NCBI GenBank assembly: GCA_030749415.1 | Contig: JASMKC010000027.1 | Coordinates: forward strand, 5,369 to 69,368 | Direction of reading: 5' to 3' | From: Myxococcota bacterium | GTDB lineage: Bacteria > Myxococcota_A > UBA9160 > SMWR01 | Length of the DNA: 64,000 bases | Shown: one piece after another, positions 37,458 to 45,124 of the stretch | Layout of the letters: each line of letters starts with the position of its first letter | Position numbering within the stretch: position 1 is the stretch's first letter | Translations under genes and position numbers: made by a program | The notes under the pieces: model-generated | Database searches by the model: none | Told to the model about the DNA's origin: nothing | What the model saw: only the letters and a program-made list of their open reading frames with translations

Positions 37458-37697
37458 CTAACCTACCTGCATCTGGCCTTCGCGCAGGCGGAACGTGATG
37501 AATCCGTGCGTCGGGTCATACGGAGAGACGCCCACCTGGACTCGGTCACCTGGAATCACCCGGATGCGGAAGCGGCGCATGCGACCCGAAAGCTGCGCCG
37601 TCACGACCTGCCCGCTCTCGAGCATAATCCTGTAACGACCACCGCCGAGAATTTTCTCGACGGTGCCGACAGCCTGGATCAAATCGTCTCGCGCCAA
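37458..37697 (-). CDS. infA: Translation initiation factor IF-1
   Basis: (TTG)ARDDLIQAVGTVEKILGGGRYRIMLESGQVVTAQLSGRMRRFRIRVIPGDRV aligns from residue 1 with E. coli IF-1 (MAKEDNIEMQGTV...). GGGAG SD 5 nt upstream of TTG 37697. Confidence 0.9.
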   Translation of the reverse strand: MARDDLIQAVGTVEKILGGGRYRIMLESGQVVTAQLSGRMRRFRIRVIPGDRVQVGVSPYDPTHGFITFRLREGQMQVG

Positions 37698-37760
37698 CGG
37701 GTCTCCCGGTGAAGGCGCGCAGGTTAGCGGATTCCAGCGGCTTTTTCCGCCACCCCTCCC

Positions 37761-37826
37761 AGAGGAGCACGCAGAATGCTCCTCCCCCGACTCAGAGGAG
37801 CACGCAGAATGCTCCTCCCCCGACTC
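37761..37826. repeat. Perfect tandem duplication, 33 bp x2; each copy is an 8-bp-stem hairpin (GAGGAGCA-n7-TGCTCCTC)
   Basis: 37761-37793 and 37794-37826 are identical. They lie in the divergent region between infA and the LLM remnant. Confidence 0.95.
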
Positions 37827-37850
37827 AGGTGCCATTCCGAAGGCTTCGCC

Positions 37851-38051
37851 ATGAGCCGCAAGCGTTTCGGTGTCTTCCCGGCGCCCCTTCACCCCGACGA
37901 CGAGGATCTCAGCGAACAGATCCACCGAGACGGAGGACTCGTCGAGCATCTGGAAGCGCTCGGCTTCCACGAGACCTGGCTCGGCGAACACCATTGCGCC
38001 GGCTTCGAAATCACCGGCTCGCCTATCGAGCATGGCTCTCGTCGCTGCTAG
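37851..38051 (+). pseudogene. N-terminal remnant (~60 aa) of an LLM-class monooxygenase gene
   Basis: MSRKRFGVFPAPLHPDDEDLSEQIHRDGGLVEHLEALGFHETWLGEHHCAGFEITGSPI matches the LLM N-terminal pattern (FG.F..P.H....LE..LGF.E.W.GEHH). It then diverges (EHGSRRC*) 14 nt before tRNA-Ser. Confidence 0.6.
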
Positions 38052-38064
38052 CCTGCCGCCGAGC

Positions 38065-38157
<93 letters not shown>

Positions 38158-38175
38158 TACCCAGCACCCGGAGCA

Positions 38176-39882
38176 ATGTACGCAGAACTTCGCAAAGCCT
38201 GGGATGAGCTGACCGGACCCGGGGGGGCCTTCGAGATCGTCGAGGTCCCGGTCCGCGGCACACTGCTGCGCAGCTACGCCGCGGCGCCGAATTCCGTCCG
38301 GGACATCTGGCTCACCTCGCGCGCCCACGGCGAGCGCAACTACCTGGTCTACGGCGACGAGCGCTGGACTTACGAACGAGCGCACCGCGACGCCACCTCC
38401 ATCGCCGGATGGCTTGCCGCACACGGGGTCGCGCCGGGCGACCGGGTCGCGATCGCGATGCGCAACTACCCCGAGTGGCTGCTCGTCTACTGGGCCACAC
38501 TCTCGATGGGCGCCACCGCTGTCGGCATGAATGCCTGGTGGACCGCCGCAGAACTGGCTTACGCCATCGAGGACTCCGCACCGAAAGTGTTCGTGGGCGA
38601 TGCCGAGCGACTGGAGCGTCTGGAGACCCAGCGGCACGCGCTTCCGCCGCTCACCGCGATCGGAGTACGGCTGGAATTCCCAGAATCTTCGAATGCCGTG
38701 CCGTTTTCGGAACTTCTCGAGCATGAAACTCCAGCTCCCGAGACAGAAATCGATCCGGATTCAGACGCCTGTATCTTCTACACCTCTGGCACGACTGGGC
38801 GCCCGAAAGGTGCACGACTCACCCACCGCGGGTGCGTCGCCAACCTGCTGAGCATCGCGTTCTGGGACACCGTGGGAAAACGCGCCCGCGCCCTCACCGG
38901 CACGGCCGGTGCCGATGCAGCCTCGACAACCGCACCGCCGCGGATCGTCTCGCTCGTGACGACCCCGCTTTTCCACGTCACCGCGAACAACTGCGTGGCC
39001 TATGGCGTCACCGCAACCGGCGGCACCCTCGTATTCATGTACAAGTGGGACGCCGGCGAAGCGCTCCGACTCATCGAACGCGAAAAGGTCACCAACTTCA
39101 CGGGTGTTCCCATGATGGCGCGCGAGATCCTCACCCACCCCGATCTCGACGCGCACGACACGTCGAGCCTCAAGATCATGGGGGGGGGCGGGGCGGCGTT
39201 TCAGCCCGACCTGGTCGACAAGATCGAGGAACGCCGCGACAGCACGCGGCCCAATACCGGCTACGGCCTCACCGAAACTTGCGGCATCATCACCACGACC
39301 TCTGCCGACTACCACGCGGACAAGCCCGAAAGCGTCGGCCCCGTCATGCCGTGCTTCGAGGCCCGCTGTGTCGACGAGAACGGAAAAACGCTCTCGACGG
39401 ACGCGGTGGGCGAACTCTGGGTGAAGGGAGCCCAGGTGATTGCGGGCTACCTGAACCGCCCCGAGGCCACCGCCGAGGCGATCACCGATGGCTGGTTCCA
39501 CACCGGCGATCTGGCCCGGATCGACGCCGACGGCTTTGTCACCATCGTCGACCGGCTCAAGGACATGCTCCTTCGCGGCGGCGAAAATGTCTACTGCGCC
39601 GAGGTGGAAGCGGGCCTCTTCGAGCATTCCGACGTGGTGGAATGCGCCGTCTTCGGCGTTCCAGACGAACGCCTCGGCGAAGAGGTGGGCGCCGCAATCG
39701 TGCTGCGTGAGGGAGCCGAACTCACCCCAGACACGCTGCGCGAACACTGCACCGAGCACATGGCCGCACACAAGATCCCCCGGTACATCTGGCTCCACAC
39801 CGAGCCGCTGCCGCGCAACGCCAATGGGAAATTCTTGAAGAGGCAGCTGCGCGACGAACTCGATCCGGACAGCGCCGTCTGA
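38176..39882 (+). CDS. AMP-binding acyl-CoA synthetase (fatty-acid CoA ligase family)
   Basis: ORF 38110..39882 (which starts inside the tRNA) trimmed to ATG 38176. IFYTSGTTGRPKG, GYGLTE, WFHTGDL, NGKFLKRQL. Confidence 0.88.
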   Translation: MYAELRKAWDELTGPGGAFEIVEVPVRGTLLRSYAAAPNSVRDIWLTSRAHGERNYLVYGDERWTYERAHRDATSIAGWLAAHGVAPGDRVAIAMRNYPEWLLVYWATLSMGATAVGMNAWWTAAELAYAIEDSAPKVFVGDAERLERLETQRHALPPLTAIGVRLEFPESSNAVPFSELLEHETPAPETEIDPDSDACIFYTSGTTGRPKGARLTHRGCVANLLSIAFWDTVGKRARALTGTAGADAASTTAPPRIVSLVTTPLFHVTANNCVAYGVTATGGTLVFMYKWDAGEALRLIEREKVTNFTGVPMMAREILTHPDLDAHDTSSLKIMGGGGAAFQPDLVDKIEERRDSTRPNTGYGLTETCGIITTTSADYHADKPESVGPVMPCFEARCVDENGKTLSTDAVGELWVKGAQVIAGYLNRPEATAEAITDGWFHTGDLARIDADGFVTIVDRLKDMLLRGGENVYCAEVEAGLFEHSDVVECAVFGVPDERLGEEVGAAIVLREGAELTPDTLREHCTEHMAAHKIPRYIWLHTEPLPRNANGKFLKRQLRDELDPDSAV

Positions 39883-40024
39883 AGCGCGACCCGCCCCGGA
39901 TCGCCACAGGAGCCCCGGAGTTGGCTCCGCACCGGCGCCGCGGGAAGTCGTGTTCACCCCCACCCGCGCACCAGGTGGCGGCCCCCGGCGACGGCGCCCG
40001 GAATGGAACGCCCCAAGACGGCGT

Positions 40025-40053
40025 TTGACCCCCCGGCGGGCACCCCGTAGATT
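40025..40053 (+). promoter_or_regulatory. Sigma-70-type promoter candidate for ffs (TTGACC-N17-TAGATT)
   Basis: -35 at 40025-40030 and -10 at 40048-40053. The predicted +1 about 7 nt downstream coincides with the 5' end of the SRP RNA helix. Confidence 0.55.
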
Positions 40054-40059
40054 CTCGGC

Positions 40060-40188
40060 GGCGGGGAGCCGCGATCGCAGGGTCCCGCTCGATCACGAAC
40101 CTCGTGAACTCCGTCAGATCCGGAAGGAAGCAGCGGTAGCGGGACTTCGGTTGCGAGCGGGGGTGCCCTGCGATCTCGGGTCCCCGCC
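40060..40188 (+). ncRNA. ffs: Signal recognition particle RNA (4.5S-type)
   Basis: Helix-8 core GUCAGAUCCGGAAGGAAGCAGCGG (GGAA tetraloop motif). Rod-like pairing of GGCGGGGA/UCCCCGCC, GAUCGCAGGG/CCCUGCGAUC and CCCGCUCG/CGAGCGGG. Classic position upstream of dnaX. Ends +/- a few nt. Confidence 0.85.
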
Positions 40189-40210
40189 ATTCAAGCGGTA
40201 CACTGCCCCC

Positions 40211-42154
40211 ATGAGCTACGAGGTTCTCGCACGCAAGTGGCGACCCCGCGCCTTCGACGACGTCGTTGGCCAGGAGCACGTCACCACGCCCCTGCGCAAC
40301 GCGATTCGCATGAACCGCGTGCCGCACGCCGTACTGCTGACGGGCCCGCGCGGCGTCGGCAAGACGACGCTGGCGCGAATCCTCGCGCGCTGCCTCAACT
40401 GCGAGAAGGGCCCCACCGACACACCCTGCGCCGAGTGCCCGGCCTGCCGGGAGATCATCGAGGGGCGCTCGACCGACGTGCAGGAGATCGACGCCGCAAG
40501 CCGCACGGGCGTCGACGACGTGCGCGAGATCATCGAGGCGATTCGCTACGCGCCTTCCCCGGGAAAGCACCGGATCTACGTCGTGGACGAAGTCCACATG
40601 CTCTCGTCGGCAGCCTTCAACGCGCTGCTCAAGACGCTGGAGGAACCGCCGCCGCGGAGCCTCTTCGTCTTCGCCACCACCAATCCGGAAAAGATCCCCT
40701 TCACGGTCGTGTCCCGCTGCCAGCGTTATGACCTGCGGCGCATCGGAGCCAGCGAAATCTCCGAGCGCCTGCGCATGATGTGCCGGGAAGAAAACATCGA
40801 AGTGTCGGATACGAGTCTGCTCGCAATCGCCCGCGAAGCGGACGGATCGCTGCGCGACGCCCAGACACTGCTCGACCAGGTCGTCGCTTTCGGCGGTGAG
40901 CACGTGGACGACGAACAAGTGGCCCAGGTTCTCGACCTGATCGACCGGCGCCTGTTGCTCGGCATCGCCGAGGCGTGCATCGCCGGCGACGCAACCGCCG
41001 CGCTCGACGCCATGGGCCGGGCGATGGCCACCGGCACCGACGCGAAGCGGCTCGCTGAGAGCCTGCTCCAGCTGCTGCGCGACCTGGTGGTGGTGCGCGT
41101 CGCCCCCGAACATCCCCAGCTGCTGGAGGCTTCCGACGCGGAACGCGAGGAGCTGTGCGAACTCGCCGGCCGCACCGACGCGACGCGCTTGCGGCGCATG
41201 TTCCGGGCGCTCGTGAAGGAGCAGGAGGATCTGGCCTGGGCCCCGCAACCCACGGCCGTGCTGGAGATGGCGGTGGTGCGCTTGGCGACGCAGCCCGACG
41301 GCGACGACGTCGCGCGGCTGCTGACGCGTCTGGGCGAACTCGAGCGCCGGCTCTCGGGCAGCGGCCCAGCGAGGGGCGACAGCGACCCAGTGAGTGGCGG
41401 CAGCGGTGCAGCGAGGGGTGGCAACGACCCAGCGAGTGGCGGCAGCGGCCCAGCGAGGGGTGGCAACGACCCAGCGAGTGGCGGCAGCGGCCCAGCGAGT
41501 GGCGGCAGCGACCCAGTGAGTGGCGGCAGCGGTGCAGCGAGGGGCGGCAGCGACCCAGTGAGTGGCGGCAGCGGTGCAGCGAGGGGCGACAGCGACCCAG
41601 TGAGTGGCGGCCCCTCGACTGGAGAACGTCCGCGCACCTCCAAGGGCAGGCGTCGCCCGCAGAAATCCGACAGGTCCGGTGCGGGCGAGGCGGCCGGGCC
41701 GGAGCCCCCGTCTCCCGTCGCGGCAAACGCATCGCCTCCGCCCGAGGCACCGTCGGCTACTGCGCCGCTCGGTGCCATCTTCGACCGCCTGCGTGCCTTC
41801 GCCGTGCGGCGGCATCCGCGACTCGCCCCGGCGCTAGACGACGGAGCGCTGCTCGAGCGCGGTGACGACCACCTGGTGCTCGCGGCACCCAACCGCTTCG
41901 CAGCCCAGCGGCTCGAGGCCCGCCGCGAAGCCCTGGAATCCCTTTGCGCCGAGCTATTCGGCCACCCCATGCGGGTGAGTGTCGAGCTGCGCGATCGCGC
42001 CGCCGAAGCTGCAGAGCCGGGCACCGACCGCAACGATGCCCGGGTGGCACGCCAACGGGCGCTCGAGCACCCGTCGGTGGGCCTGGCCCTCGAGGTGCTC
42101 GAGGGCGAGATCGCCGAGATCCGGCCGATCGTGCCGGGCGGAAACCAGCGGTGA
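40211..42154 (+). CDS. dnaX: DNA polymerase III subunits gamma/tau
   Basis: Trimmed to ATG 40211 (MSYEVLARKWRPRAFDDVVGQEH). GPRGVGKTT, Zn module CLNC...CAECPAC, DEVHML, SRCQ. Confidence 0.93.
   Translation: MSYEVLARKWRPRAFDDVVGQEHVTTPLRNAIRMNRVPHAVLLTGPRGVGKTTLARILARCLNCEKGPTDTPCAECPACREIIEGRSTDVQEIDAASRTGVDDVREIIEAIRYAPSPGKHRIYVVDEVHMLSSAAFNALLKTLEEPPPRSLFVFATTNPEKIPFTVVSRCQRYDLRRIGASEISERLRMMCREENIEVSDTSLLAIAREADGSLRDAQTLLDQVVAFGGEHVDDEQVAQVLDLIDRRLLLGIAEACIAGDATAALDAMGRAMATGTDAKRLAESLLQLLRDLVVVRVAPEHPQLLEASDAEREELCELAGRTDATRLRRMFRALVKEQEDLAWAPQPTAVLEMAVVRLATQPDGDDVARLLTRLGELERRLSGSGPARGDSDPVSGGSGAARGGNDPASGGSGPARGGNDPASGGSGPASGGSDPVSGGSGAARGGSDPVSGGSGAARGDSDPVSGGPSTGERPRTSKGRRRPQKSDRSGAGEAAGPEPPSPVAANASPPPEAPSATAPLGAIFDRLRAFAVRRHPRLAPALDDGALLERGDDHLVLAAPNRFAAQRLEARREALESLCAELFGHPMRVSVELRDRAAEAAEPGTDRNDARVARQRALEHPSVGLALEVLEGEIAEIRPIVPGGNQR
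41357..41608 (+). repeat. In-frame tandem repeat, 42 bp x6, encoding GSG(P/A)A(R/S)G(D/G)(S/N)DP(V/A)SG in the DnaX linker
   Basis: Six imperfect 14-codon units seen directly in the DNA and in the translation. Confidence 0.9.
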
Positions 42155-42182
42155 GCCCGATCGACTCGGGCAGAGGGGCGCC

Positions 42183-42509
42183 GTGAACCCTAAAGACCTG
42201 GGCGAGCTGTTCGAGAAGGCACAGGAGATGCAGTCGCGGCTGGCCGACCTGCAGCGGGACCTGGCGACGCGCCGCTACGAAGGGGCCGCCGGGGGCGGCA
42301 TGGTGACGGCTGTCGTCACCGGAGCCCTGCGCGTGCACGAGGTGCGCATCGAGCCATCGCTACTCGAGCGAGGCGACCGGGAGATGCTCCAGGACCTGGT
42401 CGCGGCGGCCTTGAACTCGGCGCTGGCCAACGCCCAGAGCCAGGTACAAGAGGAGCTCCAGCGCACGTCGGCGGGCATGACGATTCCGATTCCCACGGGC
42501 ACGGACTGA
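42183..42509 (+). CDS. ybaB: Nucleoid-associated protein YbaB/EbfC
   Basis: Trimmed to GTG 42183 ((M)NPKDLGELFEKAQEMQSRL...GGGMVTAVVTGALRVHEVRIEPSLL). Confidence 0.88.
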   Translation: MNPKDLGELFEKAQEMQSRLADLQRDLATRRYEGAAGGGMVTAVVTGALRVHEVRIEPSLLERGDREMLQDLVAAALNSALANAQSQVQEELQRTSAGMTIPIPTGTD

Positions 42510-42512
42510 TCC

Positions 42513-43112
42513 GTGCGCACCGCGCCCCCGATCGATCGCCTGGTTGCAGCGCTGAAACGGCTGCCCGGCATTGGAGAGAAATCGGCGACACGGCTCGCCT
42601 TCTTCATACTGGGCGCTCCGGACTCCGTGGTCCAGGAATTGTCCGAGGCTGTCGCCCGGCTCAAGCAGGACATCGTCCTGTGCTCCGAGTGCTTCGACCT
42701 CACGGACGCCTCCCCGTGCGCCATCTGTCGCGATCCCCGGCGGGATCCAGCGACGCTCTGCGTGGTGGAGGAGCCCGCCGACCTCGCGGCAATCGACCGC
42801 AGCGGGCGCTTCGCGGGGCACTACTTCGTGCTCGGCGGCGCCCTCTCGCCAATCGACGACATGGGCCCCGAGGAGCTGCGCATCGCCGAACTCGAGGAGC
42901 GGGTGCGCGGGGGAGAAATTCGCGAGGTGGTGCTCGCCACCAACCCCACCGCGGAGGGCGACGCCACCGCCCACTTCGTACTGGAGTGCCTGCGCCCCCT
43001 GGGCGTCAAGCTCACCCGCATCGGCTACGGGATGCCCCTGGGCGGGGATCTCGAGTACGCCGACCACGTGACGATTGGTCTGTCCCTCGACAACCGTCGC
43101 GCAATGGACTGA
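42513..43112 (+). CDS. recR: Recombination protein RecR
   Basis: LPGIGEKSATRLAF HhH, Cys4 CSECFDLTDASPCAIC, Toprim VVEEPADL...ATNPTAEGDATA. Confidence 0.93.
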   Translation: MRTAPPIDRLVAALKRLPGIGEKSATRLAFFILGAPDSVVQELSEAVARLKQDIVLCSECFDLTDASPCAICRDPRRDPATLCVVEEPADLAAIDRSGRFAGHYFVLGGALSPIDDMGPEELRIAELEERVRGGEIREVVLATNPTAEGDATAHFVLECLRPLGVKLTRIGYGMPLGGDLEYADHVTIGLSLDNRRAMD

Positions 43113-43150
43113 GCTGCCTAAAGCCCGGCGGTTGCCGAACCGATCCACGC

Positions 43151-43180
43151 TTGGCGCGTCCCCACACCCCGGGGTAGAGT
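43151..43180 (+). promoter_or_regulatory. Candidate promoter upstream of mglBA (TTGGCG-N18-TAGAGT)
   Basis: Hexamers seen at 43151-43156 and 43175-43180, about 50 nt upstream of the mglB ATG. Weak evidence. Confidence 0.25.
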
Positions 43181-43231
43181 GCAGACCGAAAAAAAACCTT
43201 CTGCCCCAGGGGCTTAGCGAGGCGATTGCCG

Positions 43232-43726
43232 ATGTACGACACCCCGCTCGTGATGCACGATGAGGACTTCCGAGAGGTTCTCAGCGTCGCACAGCGGCTG
43301 GTGAAGGACGCGAACGCCAAGGGCGTCTTCGTCGTGGATCACAACGGGCAACTCCTCGCAGAAACCGGAGAGCTGCGGGGAATCGACACCACGAGCCTGG
43401 CATCACTGACTGCCGGCTCGGTGGCCGCCACCGGCGGCCTCGCGAAACTCGTCGGCGAAGAGGAGTTCCCGGTCCATTTCCACCAGGGCCAGAACAACAA
43501 CCTCCACATCTCGCTGATCACCAGCCGGATCATTCTCGTCGTCGTCTTCGACGGCCGCAGCTCACTGGGTCTCATACGGTTGCGCGTGAAGAAGGTGGGA
43601 GCCCAACTTGCCAGGGTCTTCGAAGAGATCCAGAAGAAGACCGAGCGGACCCATGCAACAGGCCGCGCAAATACACCCTTCGCCGAAATCACCGACGAAG
43701 ACATCGACAACCTCTTTTCAGTCTGA
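43232..43726 (+). CDS. mglB: Roadblock/LC7-domain GTPase-activating protein MglB
   Basis: Trimmed to ATG 43232. DANAKGVFVVDHNGQLL...IDTTSLASLTAGSVAATGGLAKLVGE...SLGLIRLRVKK...FAEITDEDIDNLFS is colinear with M. xanthus MglB as recalled. Confidence 0.9.
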   Translation: MYDTPLVMHDEDFREVLSVAQRLVKDANAKGVFVVDHNGQLLAETGELRGIDTTSLASLTAGSVAATGGLAKLVGEEEFPVHFHQGQNNNLHISLITSRIILVVVFDGRSSLGLIRLRVKKVGAQLARVFEEIQKKTERTHATGRANTPFAEITDEDIDNLFSV

Positions 43727-43735
43727 CGTTGGGAA

Positions 43736-44326
<591 letters not shown>

Positions 44327-44359
44327 AAGCCCGGCTGAACGCGCGCGCACGCCCGAGGA

Positions 44360-45100
44360 TCAGCGCCGCGGTGCGAGGCTCCGCAACTGCAGCCGGGGCA
44401 AGGTCACGCGCAGAACCGGATCGGCGCGCAACGCTGTGCGCAACGCGTGGGCCGAGAGCGGGCGGTGCCCCGCTACGAAAACGCAGTTGTCGTAGTCCTC
44501 CACGCGGATCGACAGCCGGGTGTCGAAGAGTTCGCGCAACTCGGCCGCGACGTCCCGTGACTCGTCCAGGGTGTTGGTCACGAGCAGCCCTTCGGGCGCC
44601 AGCCGGCGACGCGCGAGTTCGAGACCCGGCCTGAGCAGCCAGTCCGGCTTCCGGACACGGCGCCCGCGACCCACGAAGAGATCTTCCACCACCAGGTCGT
44701 AGCGCCGGCGGGCACGATTCAGATAGGCGAAGGCATCCCCCTGGATCACCTCGACGCCAAGTTCGTCGAGATCGAGCCAGCGCCGCGCGGCGCGCAGGAC
44801 ATCGCCACTCGCCTCCACGCCCACGATGCGCACACGCGGAGCCACCGCGCGCAGCACACGGGCGACGCTTCCGCCACCGAGCCCGAGGATAAGCACGCTC
44901 CGGCGCCGGCGAGGCGGCAGCGCCAGGATCGGTGCGGCCAGAGCGTCCCACACCGAGCCCGTGATCGGCAGGCCGGGCGTGTACCAGGAGGCGAAGCTGC
45001 CGTCGACGTGCAGCGCTCGGCCCCGCGCGTGGACGCGCACCTCGACGCGCGCTCTCGAGGCCGCCCGGCCCCGCTTCTTCTTCCCGCCGCGTCCAGCCAC
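44360..45100 (-). CDS. Spermidine-synthase-like SAM-dependent methyltransferase-fold protein
   Basis: VLILGLGGGSVARVL (motif I) and YDLVVEDLF. Basic N-terminus MAGRGGKKKRGR. Confidence 0.7.
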   Translation of the reverse strand: MAGRGGKKKRGRAASRARVEVRVHARGRALHVDGSFASWYTPGLPITGSVWDALAAPILALPPRRRRSVLILGLGGGSVARVLRAVAPRVRIVGVEASGDVLRAARRWLDLDELGVEVIQGDAFAYLNRARRRYDLVVEDLFVGRGRRVRKPDWLLRPGLELARRRLAPEGLLVTNTLDESRDVAAELRELFDTRLSIRVEDYDNCVFVAGHRPLSAHALRTALRADPVLRVTLPRLQLRSLAPRR

Positions 45101-45124
45101 CTGCTTTACACTCCCCCTGCCGCC

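Noticed and set aside
39722-42033. Minus-strand ORFs with striking periodic motifs (HSLGRCR..., LPPLAGS...) opposite dnaX.
   Set aside because: The periodicity is simply the reverse complement of the in-frame 42-bp dnaX linker repeats. There is no independent coding evidence.
40211-42154. A programmed -1 frameshift site in dnaX (gamma/tau as in E. coli).
   Set aside because: I noticed no A-rich slippery heptamer (A AAA AAG type) with a downstream hairpin when reading the gene, so no claim can be made from sequence alone.
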